Part shown: positions 51,936-64,000 of the stretch, one piece after another
Layout: every line of letters begins with the position of its first letter
Position numbering within the stretch: the first letter of the stretch is position 1
Source of the DNA: Glycera tridactyla
Taxonomy: Eukaryota
Assembly (NCBI GenBank): GCA_965644265.1
Contig: OZ286461.1
Location: 77,314,001 to 77,378,000 of the forward strand
DNA length: 64,000 nt
Direction: 5' to 3'
Notes under the pieces: model-generated
What the model was told of the DNA's origin: nothing
Databases searched by the model: none
The model's input: the letters and a program-made list of their open reading frames with translations, nothing else
Position numbers and translations under genes: made by a program

Positions 51936-54014
51936 GATAATGACAATGATCACATCCGACATTCACACTCCCGGGTGTGCTCACGAGTGAAATATATCAG
52001 CTAAGCACTGATCACTCCTCTTGTTACTGATGAAATCTGACAACTAGCATTTCCTCCTGAATTAGCCACCTCTTAGCCGGAAGTTTGGGATGCGCATGCC
52101 CATTAAGCAGCTGATACATGTCTTCCGGTGAATCAACGTATTCACATCGGTAACATTTTTTTCTGGTCCATGATTTATACAAAGAAAATGCTGGAAGGCT
52201 CGTTGTTATACAAGCAGCATGGACAACAAATGTTACATGCTGACGATATTGAATCAAGTATTTAGACGTGGCTTCCGTTCCGTAAAAGATCAGCATGAAC
52301 ATCTAGAATCCAGACAAGCCCATTGACTCTTGTGACGTCCATTGCTGCGTCGAGAACAGAATAATGATAGACTGCAAGCAACTTTTGTCCTAAATGCTCT
52401 GTACTCGGTGTAGAGAATGAAGGGGACACAAATGACAGAATGGATCCGGTTGTTTACAGATGTTGGAGGACTATACATTTTTCCACCTGACCAAATTATC
52501 ATAAGGAATCACTGGCGTGATGGAATGGATAGCGTGATCTACAGTCGCGAAGGGGGGGGGGGCTACCCCGAAGAAATCATAAATGTTTGAGTGTAATAAT
52601 CGGTCCGTGCCTCCACATTCGTAGTCTGGGTGGACGTGAGATTCACCATGGGTGGGTACCCGGGTGGCTTTGTTGACCCTCGCCATGAAACAGGCAACTG
52701 ATGCAGGTTAGAATACACTATCGTCAGGTCTAACCCATTATCAGATGCCTCCGTTCCAAGTGGGGTACCCCTCAGTCACAAAGATCAAACGGTATATTAT
52801 GGTATCATACAACTGCCCAGGGTGATTGTCGAATGCTCGCAAAGAAATTTGCAAAGAAATCTGCAAAGAAATCGGATCTCTTTGTTCCAATGTTGGCTGT
52901 TCCTGATATCACCCGCAGCGACCCATCAGGGATCACCGGCTGGGGTTCTGGTCTGAACAGGAGGGAAAGATAGTATTATAGCAAGTGTGTCCTAAATCAT
53001 ATGGACTGAAGTGGATGATTGCGGGTTCTCCGGATATCGTGATGATGCCCAAAACTTCATATATGACTCACGGGTTGCCGTTGCCTAGCATTATCTAGAC
53101 TCGAAGAGTACAAGGCAGAAATTGATTTGTCCAGTTTGAGGAAGTGCTCTTTCCTCTTCAGTTTGCGAAAGTGCTCTTTCCTCTTCAGTTTGCAAGGTGT
53201 AGTTGCTTCACGTTCAGTGAGAAGAAACCATAGCACATCAAATGTATCATTTTGACTATTTGAGTATCTAAATGAACTAAGATTCACTCTTTACAACTCT
53301 CCGGCTAGATACATTCATCTCCTATTCTCTCATCTCACATATATGTATAACTCACATATCGCTATTGCGAGTGCCTCGCAATTCACTCATCTTCAATCGA
53401 AAGGTTGTCATCCGATTTGAATTTACATGTGAATTGAGCATAATATTGCTTGGTCAAGTCATCTGTATGTTGCATGATGCGTGTCTTGTGACACGCATCT
53501 TCCCCCAATTATGAGCTCAAACGTCACAATCTGAGACGTGATGGATATAGTAATTGTGAATATTATCTGATGAATGTTGGCTATAGGTAGTGCTGATGTG
53601 GCCATTACCCCCGGTGGTGTTCACTCATTTAATGAGCTGCAATCCTGCTACATTTCTTAATAACCATTCCTCCTGCTATTCTCTCATGAGTGCCAAATAA
53701 GATTATATATGTTGAACGTCACAGTATCAAGCTAGGCCCACATAGCCACTTTGTGATAATTCCCATTTTGCCTTCATTTCTCCAGTCTCCAGCCTGTCAG
53801 AGTGTGCTATGAATAGACTCATTAACTGTCGTGCCTCTTGACAATGTAACCTTAGATGCTGAGATATAAATAGCACAGATGCCTGGAGACACAAGTACCT
53901 GGTGAATTGGGAATCTACTTCACCAGTGTTTGACTTAGTCCATATAGCCCTTCCTCTTTGTTGAGCTCGAGGGTGCTTAGCACGAATATGTGAATCGAAA
54001 ACATCCAGAGTTAT

Positions 54015-56085
54015 GGAATGAAATGTGACGGAGGCATTATCGAACGAATACTAGGTGCAAGTCTGACATCCAAAGGGATGCGTTTTACAGGCACGGGCAG
54101 CATGGGCAAGGGACTGTCCCCTATTTTTGACAGCATCTTATTGGGGTGCTTAGAAGGTGATTGTCTGAAGATTGGAGAGAGCGGGAAGAAATGTAGGGAT
54201 GAATAGTTGTGACCAGATGCTAGGGGCCATGCCGTGGAGGACCTTATACGTACGAGACAGGATTTTGAAAATGATCCGGTACTTGATAGGAAGTCAATAA
54301 ATCTTTTCAGGATAGAGATGACGTGTTGATGTCGCCTGCTAGTTTATGTTGAGCAACACAGTTCATGACATGCTGTAGCTCATCAATGTAGCTCTTTGGT
54401 GGGCCATAGATTACACTATCACAGTCGTTCGAAGAGTATTGAGTAGATGAGGATCTTCGTAGCATCTGGTGTCAAGTATTCGATATACAGAGAAGAAACT
54501 CAGTCTTGGAGTAAGTAATGCTAAGCTTATTCATGTGCATCCAAGACCTTATTTCAGCAACGCAGCATTCGAAAATGTTTACTGCAGTGGGTTTTGAGAT
54601 AACGGCAAGGCCATACTCTATTACCTTGAATTTATTGAGGAGAATGAAGATGGCCATGTCATCAGTCAGAAGCTTGGGGCATGTATGGGAAGGGAGAGGG
54701 ATGGCACGTGTGTTTTGGAGAAGCTTATTTACGAGGTTGAACGATGCACTTTCCTCACTGGCACAACCGTGGACCAGGTCATTGTAGTGTTTGGTCTCCA
54801 TTGTAATTAGGCAATTGTTGTATGTGTTCAATTGAGCTTCAATCGCAAGTCCGGCGAATTTGCTTTCTTTTCGAGTCATCCGACATCATGTTGCATGGCC
54901 CCAGCTAGCTGGTGTACCATCTCGACTCAGGTATCAGTGATCTTCTCTCATACAAGAGCATAGTAGGAGCATAGATTGAACTTAACTGGTTTGTGGTCTG
55001 ATATGTGGGGGCCAGTGATGGGGTCGTCATTTCTGGTTGGTGGTGACCAAGTACAGAGTGTGGCCAGAGATGTGAGTTCCTTCGTGAATGTGTTGGATGG
55101 ACGTGCTTGAGCTTAGGAGAAGAGGAAACTAGGCAGCAAGCAGACGGTTTAAATCATTCAGGTGAATATTGATATTACCTTTGATGATAAGATGTCCAGG
55201 GGAGATTATCAGACCTTCCAGAACACTGAATATCTGTGAGTATCATATCTGGTGTGATATTTTTCTTGGTGAGGGATGAAGGGCAATAGATAGTAACAAG
55301 ATTGGCCTCACTTTTGGTGATGAAGATGTTTGTTTGTTTGTTTGTTTGTTTGTTTGTTTGACCGTTTTGACTGATCTCAGCCCAGTACCATTGTCAGAAC
55401 CTGAAGCTTCCGATACTTCCCAGTGCTGCTGTTAGCCATTTATGGGCCACAGGTCCAATCTTGGGAAGGGGCAATCGTCTGCTTGTGATTGGATTTTGAT
55501 CCTCCTCTTGTGAGTGCTTGTATTTGTGGGTGTATGCTAATGAAGGGTATCAGTGTAGCTGTTTTTTGTAGTCACTCATTATAGTGCCACTGCTAACCTA
55601 GGACCATTGTTTCCATATCTCAGTAAAGTACTCAAACCATCACCCATCCCTGGTAGTGTGTAGCTCATGCCCGTTTTCATGTTTAGAGCTCGATACTGGG
55701 GGTCCTAGATAACTCTGTTGTCCATGATTATTAGTGGAGTGTATGTTTCAGCCATACTGGTATGCATCCTCACACCCAAGCCATGGTCACTTGTCTCACA
55801 AATAGATGCAGCCGCAGCTGTTTCACATCTGGGTCAGGTGTGAAGACGCTATCACTACACCACGCAGCTCCCCGGCCTTTCATCTGAAGGAGGGAAAAAT
55901 GCACGGGTTCTGCTTCGATACTAAGAGAGGATTTGAGAACAGCTCCCGGAGTCCCTCCTCTCCTGCCACACCCTGGTCCGTGTTGGAAGGTAAAATCCGA
56001 ATAGCTGCTCCTCATTTCTTTTGGGAACATCCTTCATCCTCACCACTTCAGTACAATTCTTCCAGTAAGTACAACTTGTGAGCTA
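54015..56085 (-). pseudogene. L2-clade LINE ORF2 relic with RT core deleted, interrupted by a SINE
   Basis: Minus-strand motifs in order: IFPSF, [SINE], LVTIYCP, HLIIKGNINIH, QHIHEGTHISGHTL (APE); FNLVNKLL..LPSH (linker); CVAEIRSWMHMNKLS..KTEFL; LPIKYRIIFKIL..YKVLHG.AP; PSRSLQSS..GD (L2 C-terminus). Confidence 0.8.
55328..55873 (-). mobile_element. SINE family A copy 3, nested in the L2 endonuclease relic
   Basis: (GTTT)n tail at 55328-55360 and head rc GGGGAGCTGCGTGGTGTAGTGATAGCG. L2 APE remnants on both sides. Confidence 0.8.
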
Positions 56086-57313
56086 TCCATGCTATACTAT
56101 ACGGCAGCATGTGGTATGTGTGAAGGCAACCCATCAGCTTGCCAGTTGTATCAATATATGTGGATTATGATAGTCTCGCCGATTCAGCTATATATGTAAT
56201 CATCACAAGTCATAAATCATTCCGGGCTGACACACGTAAATCCCCATCATACGCTCTTGCCAACTGTTTCAGCAGCTCATCCCTCTGCCTGCATACCATA
56301 TTGTATCACCCAATCGCGAGTCCACAGCTGTCTGTGAATGGTGGACTGATAAAAAGCACATGGTCGGCCTCCCGGTCAATAATCATCATTACCATACTTA
56401 TCCTTTTNNNNNNNNNNNNNNNNNNNNNNNNNNNNNNNNNNNNNNNNNNNNNNNNNNNNNNNNNNNNNNNNNNNNNNNNNNNNNNNNNNNNNNNNNNNNN
56501 NNNNNNNNNNNNNNNNNNNNNNNNNNNNNNNNNNNNNNNNNNNNNNNNNNNNNNNNNNNNNNNNNNNNNNNNNNNNNNNNNNNNNNNNNNNNNNNNNNCA
56601 TAATTGGAGTTTTCGTTTCACGTTTTCGGAAGGTGGAGATATTTGCCCTCATATCAGATTGCATTCAGTCGTGGAACCACCACCACACATACAATGTGAA
56701 TAGAGTAATCATAATTTGCTACCCACACTCCTTATTGATAATAATGGTGGTAGTGGTGGCGACGGCAGTAGTAGTGGTGGATCAACCCTATGCCAATTTG
56801 CATTCACTGAATGAGAGCACTCGCATATCACATAACGATCATGTTTTTTCAACGAGTCAATCAACCTTGGAATTTGTGATTAACTCGTAGGGTCATTGAC
56901 CTGCTCAGGGATTGTAATGCCCTCTTGCAGATTCAAGGCATGAAAAAATCAGAGATGTGGCCATAAACATATCTGAGGCTTTAACGTGCTGATGAATGTA
57001 GTAAAGCTCATATTACCCAAAATGAAATGGGACAGAGTCTGGCAAAAATACATATCTGCGTGATGCGATATTCACACATTGGTTGNNNNNNNNNNNNNNN
57101 NNNNNNNNNNNNNNNNNNNNNNNNNNNNNNNNNNNNNNNNNNNNNNNNNNNNNNNNNNNNNNNNNNNNNNNNNNNNNNNNNNNNNNNNNNNNNNNNNNNN
57201 NNNNNNNNNNNNNNNNNNNNNNNNNNNNATCATTATTATCAATAATGTTTACTGATACAGAGGAGAGCAGTACATCATATTGTCCTCATCAGAGTATAGA
57301 TAAGCATGGAGAC

Positions 57314-57421
57314 TAGAGAGAGACAGACAGACAGACAGAGACAGAGAGAGACAGAGAGATACAGAGAGAGACAGAACGAGACAGACAGACAGACAGACAG
57401 AGATAGATAGAGAGAGAGATG
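57314..57421. repeat. (GA)/(GACA)n microsatellite
   Basis: Directly visible. Confidence 0.9.
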
Positions 57422-58624
57422 GAGAAGAGCCCATGGCATAGAAAAAAATATCCATAAAAGAAGGCTAACTACCCATGTTCAAACCTAGAAGATTCAATCA
57501 ACGAAGAGATTCTTAAATATTGAAGCAATTACGTTACCTGCTTAACGGGTACAGAAGAGGATTCCGGATCTAACTACGAAAAATCTATGGTTGCCTACCG
57601 ACAAAGATTGTCGTAGGATAGTATATCGAGCCAAGCCCACTGGGGCATAGGTTGATATCCTGCAACAATCCATTGTCACTACTGCTAACATACCCACCCG
57701 GGTATATTGCCCACTCATTATCGGCCCCATCCAGGACATCATACAAAAACTGAAGAAGATACACTCGGCTACCGCCTTATTATACAGTAGTCCTCGCAAA
57801 TAGCGAGTCATACTGCAAGGAAGTGTTGTGTGTCTGGATCTGGAGTATTTGTAGGTACATCTGGTGGAGAGTTGACTGGTGTATGGCGTGGATGATGCAT
57901 TGATCTCATCGAGTCGCACCCTCACGTCTACCCAAAATACTCAAATAATTGCTTTACCACACTCGCGTGTATACTCAGGCGTGGTGGGACTACGATACTC
58001 GGGGAGTAGCATCTGACAACATATAAATTTATATCACCCTAATGCTTTCGAAATGTAATAATCTTAAGAGGTCTTCTGCTTGGTATTAAAGCGGATGGGA
58101 CCCCGGGGGCCTCAGCCATGCTTGAACCCCCGTCAGACCCTACTCCACTTATCTTATTCGTTGACACCGGCATTTTATACCAAGATTCTACCCATTCGCT
58201 CTCATCTTCGACATATATATTTTGTGATATTGTGTCTTTCAGTGAGTACGTCACATGTGTTAGGCGTCTCATCAAAGATTGGGGAAGATCGGGCTGCTCT
58301 CAGTGGAATTGCTTTCCGTACCAATTGGTGGTTTCCTTCGCATGAGCTATCAACTTGGTAAGGGTGTGATTTGGCTGGATGTTTACATGAGATTAGATGT
58401 AGGTTGATGTACTGCTTTCATAGATGTGCTGCTACTGACCGCATAAAAGAAATGGCCTCCCACAAATAGCAGAATCCTGCAATAAAGGCCGACCTCCCGC
58501 GAGCCGCAGCATCAGCACATATGTAATGTGGTTGAGAATGAAGCTTGAGTGACAGACCGGCTAAGAGGATGACTTTTTACTGACTGACTGGTAGACTGGA
58601 TACTTAACTAGATGACTAGAAGAA

Positions 58625-58830
58625 TGAATCAATCAATAAATCAATGAGTGAATGAATGAATGAATGAATTATCAGCCAGATGGGCTGACTGACTGACTGA
58701 CTGGCTGACTAACTGACTGAATGACTGACTGACTGGCTGGCTGACTGGCTGGCTGGCTGGCTGGCTGTCTGGCTGGCTGACTGACTGACTGACTGACCGG
58801 CTGACTGATTGATTGACTGACTGACTTACT
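58625..58830. repeat. Compound (ATGA)n/(GACT)n/(GGCT)n tetranucleotide tract
   Basis: Directly visible. Confidence 0.9.
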
Positions 58831-61650
58831 AACAGGTAAATAGATAGGAGGGCAGATTGACTGAATAAATGAATGGATGCATTATCAAGAGAGTCCACAC
58901 ATAATCCCCCAGCCAATTGATTCACATTTACATTATGCCTCGAAAAGACACAAGCAATAGTATATGGGTCCACTTCATGACCTGGTATGAGAAGTAGAAT
59001 TAGATTTATCCGATCATATCTCGAAGAGTGAGCGGGTTGGAGTTTAGGGTCACATCGAAAGCCACTAGTGGACATGAGGCATAATCCTTCCTTTTTCCCT
59101 CATGTATTTCTCACTTATTATATTTCCTATATATGTCTGTGTCGATAGCTGCCAGATTGTCTACTCCAGCTTCCTCAAATTGACAATATCTATAGCTCCC
59201 TAACATTTTGTGCTCAGAGTGAGTGAGAGTGACGCCAGTAGGGGACCATGCATCCAGCTCTCACAGACCTGGGACATGCCATACATACACCCATGCGTGG
59301 ACACATGTTATTAAGCTACGACTAACCAACGACCCAGTTGGATTGACATTATATTTCGTACGTTGATTGAATTCGCATGAAAGCTTGCATTCCTGGACCT
59401 CAGGGGTATCTTAGCGGTTAATAGACAGGTGTGCTGGTGATGGTGAATAAGTGTGGGCAATCGTTCTTGCAGCGGACCTAAATGTAGTGTGTGGGTGGAT
59501 CCCTAGGAGAATGGAGCTCAGCGTGCAGGCCACATGATAGGAACGTGACATGGTATGTCCACTACACNNNNNNNNNNNNNNNNNNNNNNNNNNNNNNNNN
59601 NNNNNNNNNNNNNNNNNNNNNNNNNNNNNNNNNNNNNNNNNNNNNNNNNNNNNNNNNNNNNNNNNNNNNNNNNNNNNNNNNNNNNNNNNNNNNNNNNNNN
59701 NNNNNNNNNNNNNNNNNNNNNNNNNNNNNNNNNNNNNNNNNNTGACATCGTGTGATCGGAGCAGTAAGGCCGCACGTCACACGCCATATTGGGTCATCGC
59801 CTCCCAGGGGCCGGCTCACCCCGGGCCACCTGTCGCTATGCAACAGGAACCTACTAGCCCGATAAATATACTTTATCCATTAGGCTGGTCTTGCGTTTTA
59901 CTGGCATCGGCATTTCTAAATTGAAACTGGGCCCACTACCTGACATTTCCCCAATATCAGGTGAATTGGATTCACAGCCTCACTGAGGCCATCCAGGTAA
60001 AAGGCCAGAGAAGAAATGCAAGCAATGTATTCTATTCCCCCCCCCCATCCCCCATCTCTCCATGAGGACCATTACGCTGTCATTCTAGCTGACACCGACA
60101 AATAATACTACATCTTTTCACTTGAGCTAAAATTATCACTGTCACGCTATATGTTAGAGCGGAAGGCAACTGTTGGCGTATGCTAGATGAAGACGAACTA
60201 GTGCTATAAATACCTCTTTGTGAATGAATTAATTATTGTATGTTCCCGTGCATATAGTATACATAGAACGCGGATTGAGTGGTCGCCGTGGTAAACGGCT
60301 GTTGTCGCTGAATCAGTGGGGAGAAAATAGGCGAGATCGCTGAGTCATCCATCGACTCCACCCATCCTCATCCCTATGATACATGGGCCGCATTCTACCC
60401 CAATCACATGGCAACCAATCAAGGGGATTAGCACTTAGGGATAGGGATATGGTAGTAAATGCATGCCACAAGCAAAAACTACCAGCAGGGAAGTGTGCAT
60501 ATTTGAGACACCAGGGGTGGATTTTACCCCAATCATATGTAAACTGATTAAGGGAATCGGATCCGGATGATAGGATAATGGATATAATCATTTTACTTGT
60601 TGTAATGGTTACATTGAAAAGTCTTATCAACACATTTTGATCAACATTACCAGATCACTGAGCTGGATGAACTACGCAGTTCAAGATCAATTACACTATG
60701 TAATATGACTGAGGATCAAACCTTGCCCCCCCCCCCCTCACTTTAGGCGTACCTTGATACTCGTCTTATGGCATTACCACGTCGCTAATGCTAACATACC
60801 CACCCCGGGAACCCACCCAGTGTGTTAGCTTACTTTGACAGGTACGCTCTGCCAACGCCTGTCATCTTCAAAAACTGAAGCTGAATCGCTCGACACTCGC
60901 TACCATAGGTCTATGTTGGCACCAGTGAAATGGAAATGCAAAGGATGAATATCAAACTTCGCCCCGGGGATGGGGGCTAGGTTTAATCCTCAATCACCCA
61001 ACTCGATGCCAGATTATTTCACAGAAATCCATGAGATACGCAAACCGCATTGACGGATCTCATGAATGTAGTCATTCTCCGAATGTTTCAGTTTCGCCTG
61101 TTTCCACTTTATGACTCTGAAAATCAGTTGATAACAGCGTTGCACTATCTGATGAAAATAGCATCCGTACCGCAACTGGTAAAGGATTGATTACAATTGG
61201 TCTGGAATGACATGTTGGTCACTGACCTGATAATCTTCACAATAGTCATTGGGTGAAGAATTCCTAATTTTACAGAAGATGCGCGGAGGCTTGATCAAGA
61301 CAATATTTGCGATGACCTCGAATGACCGAGACACGCAGCCCAGCAGTATCACCGGCATTCCCCCATTTGGACATCGAGGTTACCAGATATAAGTGTGCAG
61401 CCCCGCTGAGTCCATTATGTACCTATTGTAACAATATACTCACCTTTTCAGTGGATCTACCATTGCTATCCACCATATCACTACGGCACTATAATTTGGA
61501 ATTGATGCCACCAGAGTGACTTTGATTCCATTAGGCAAAACAGTGATTGATAGCTATTGAAATGAATATCGGTCAGGCCATATATTTCGGTCAAGATGAG
61601 CGTATGAAGGAAAGGTCCGGTGAACTACTGGCCAATTAGTCTGGTAGAAG

Positions 61651-64000
61651 TAGGGTTGAACCGGGAAAAAAATATTATAAAGCTGAAAATTTCAGCATTC
61701 ATCCAGAATGTCATGCCCAACAACATATTCAAAATCCCCTGAAATCCCCTCGCGGGAAAAACAATTATGAGCTCATACATTTTTCTGAATCGAGCATCCA
61801 TGGCTGAGCATCGCAATTTCAACATTCTATGGAATAACTCAGTCTGAAATACTCATAATTCACATATTTTTGTTTATCATGATCATACAATTGTTGCTAT
61901 CAATATTTCAACATGATCTGTCACTCCAAATATCAGTTAAATGTATAAAATGGCCTTACTTGGCACAATTTTGGCAAAATTCCTTTTGATTTCAGATGGC
62001 GCTCAAAGTTTGAAAGCTCCTCAATCACACAATTTTGTAACTAGAGTTACCAAACTTGGTCAAATGATTCTTCATCATGTCTTGTAACAAGAACAATTCT
62101 CATATTGGTATATAATATCACTGTTTAATAGCCACAGGGCTCATTGTTAGCCGAAGTTACCCCTACCCCCATATTAGGTGTTCTGTGGCATTTGATGGAA
62201 TGACCAATATTTTCAAAGGTCAGCATGACAGAAAGTTCATATTCTTGTATACTATGTTTTTCGTATATGGGATTGGATTGGCATCATCATTATTTATGAT
62301 TTGTTGAGTAATTCACAATAATACAACTCTAAAATATCCACCCTAATAATTCTTGAGTTTCGAGCCTCCAATCCAGATCATCTTATGTAGAAGGTGACAC
62401 TTCTATTGAAGAAAATATTGACAGTCATCCAATGGTTCAAACAGCTGCAGTACTAATGAAATATATGGTATTGGTAATGGAACACCACACAGAAAAAATA
62501 TGTCTTACAGATGTGAACAGCTCTCAGAATCATTACTTCCTCTAAAGATTGAAATCATGAATTGGAACAATGCCAATATTTTTCAATCGATATGTCTAGA
62601 TGCTGCTAGTTTCATCATAGATATTCATGTACATGATTTTACTGGACATTATGTTCCAAACAATTATCATCTTAGCAAAAACACCTGCATTCACATTTGG
62701 TATCATGAATCATTACATCATCAAACAAACAGATACAAAAGGCGATCCATTTCACACAATTTTCCCAAACCAGTTGAAATTTTGAGCAATCGATGGATGA
62801 TCAGTCATCTTGCCACATCACCTCAAAACATATCAAGCATTAGCTCTTCCAAATCATTCATTGTTAACATCATCATTGTCATCACTTCCATAATCAATTG
62901 CTGGCTGCTCATTTTGACATGAAACCCCATGGCATTCTCCACATGCTGATACACACTTGAGGCCATTTTTGCGACATGAACAAGCTGATGTGGCACATGG
63001 ACTTCTGGATGTCATTTTACATCTGCAACAGATCAGATTGAGTATGTCTGGTGGACCGGGTTCAATGTCAGTCATTATTGGTGCAAATCTCCCCTTTTCT
63101 AGTTGCCAGCCCCATTGAAGAGGATCACATTCTTCATCCCCCAATGAGTCCCACTGAATGATTTGTGCATGGACACGCAATGCATGAAAATGAGCAGCTC
63201 TTGCAGTTGGAGGCATCCTCTCAGGCTGAAGTTTCCTACCACTAGCTGCCAGTTTCATGTAGGAAGCATACCTTAGGTAACCAAGGCACCCATCAGAACT
63301 CCTCCCATATAACAAGGAGAACAACTTCACTCCAGCTTCTCCAACATCTTTTGCTGTAGCTGTCCATGAACTAACAGTTGTGAGTAATTCCTTCGCATCA
63401 ATTGACCCCAATATCTTATTCATCGTCACACCTTTCCCCTTATTGAAAACAGCAGACGTAGTATCACATCCACTCCATGCATGAATAGGGAGGACATAGG
63501 ATATAACATCAGGACCCAAGCTTATTTGAATATCTCGAATAGAGTACAACTTCAGTCCCACATTTTGCCCACGTTTGGGATCTGAACGCATGTATATATC
63601 TGACATCTCAGACTTGAAATGGTAAACAAGCAAAACTAGAACATCAGTGTCATCACAAATCACAGTCACTACCTCATGTTCAGAAGCAAATGACAAGGCA
63701 GTCTTAACGATCAAAGTATCTGCATCATCATCTGCCTGATTCACTCTCAGACCAGCATCCACCAAGTAGGATTTCAAGAAAGAGATGAAATGACTCTTGT
63801 TATGTTCATTTGAGAAAAATGTCTGCTGATCAATAACTGGTTTCATGGATGGCTCGAAATTAATGTTGGCAGAGGATTTTGTTGAGCGGCGCTGGTGTTC
63901 ATGATCTTTTAATGTTGGACCATTGAGATACCCATCAAAAACAATCACGGAACAATGACCATATTTGGCAAGCACATAATCAACATACTGTCCCAATATT
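61651..64000 (-). mobile_element. Academ-like DNA transposon, right portion; terminus position tentative
   Basis: Follows from the ORF call. TAG at 61651 is a candidate terminus, but the matching TIR lies outside the window. Confidence 0.45.
62854..64000 (-). CDS. AcademX-type DNA transposon protein, C-terminal part: XPG/FEN1-like PIN nuclease plus CXC (Cys8) finger; 5' truncated by the window edge
   Basis: Open frame to the edge (codon ATA precedes the TTG used as start by the ORF track). PIN acidic motifs VFDGY, DADT, DDTDV and SGCDTTS. ERMPPT..FHALRVHAQIIQW..WGW. C-terminal CCRC..C..CSCRKNGLKC..C..C..C. Confidence 0.8.
   Translation of the reverse strand, partial: ILGQYVDYVLAKYGHCSVIVFDGYLNGPTLKDHEHQRRSTKSSANINFEPSMKPVIDQQTFFSNEHNKSHFISFLKSYLVDAGLRVNQADDDADTLIVKTALSFASEHEVVTVICDDTDVLVLLVYHFKSEMSDIYMRSDPKRGQNVGLKLYSIRDIQISLGPDVISYVLPIHAWSGCDTTSAVFNKGKGVTMNKILGSIDAKELLTTVSSWTATAKDVGEAGVKLFSLLYGRSSDGCLGYLRYASYMKLAASGRKLQPERMPPTARAAHFHALRVHAQIIQWDSLGDEECDPLQWGWQLEKGRFAPIMTDIEPGPPDILNLICCRCKMTSRSPCATSACSCRKNGLKCVSACGECHGVSCQNEQPAIDYGSDDNDDVNNE

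Noticed and set aside
51662-52004. Poly-Gly/Pro/His/Trp ORFs (and similar poly-Ile/Met/Asp ORFs near 10500, 12800 and 40600)
   Set aside because: Artefacts of stop-free trinucleotide microsatellites.

Overview
Eukaryotic (metazoan, probably marine-invertebrate) repeat-rich DNA. I could not support any host gene, rRNA, tRNA gene or CRISPR array. About eleven N blocks of roughly 135-445 bp hide sequence and look more like masking than scaffold gaps. Two elements still have intact coding sequence. The first is a Penelope-like retroelement (PLE), 4777-7809, encoding a 1010-aa RT plus GIY-YIG protein. The second is the 3' part of an AcademX-type DNA transposon ORF (XPG/PIN nuclease plus Cys-rich CXC finger), which runs off the right edge. 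The most striking signal is in the PLE 3' region: a complete type I hammerhead ribozyme (CUGAAGA, 5-bp helix II, GAAA, 7-bp helix III, GUA cleavage site, 4-bp helix I). Its helix III is capped by a ~150-nt branched, base-paired insert that also contains a TATA-like box. The rest of the window is decayed DIRS and LINE (L2 and other) relics, three SINE families (one with an apparent tRNA/5S hybrid head), TA-flanked pogo/Tigger-like MITEs, minisatellites and microsatellites. All assignments come from motif recognition by eye; no database searches or folding programs were run.
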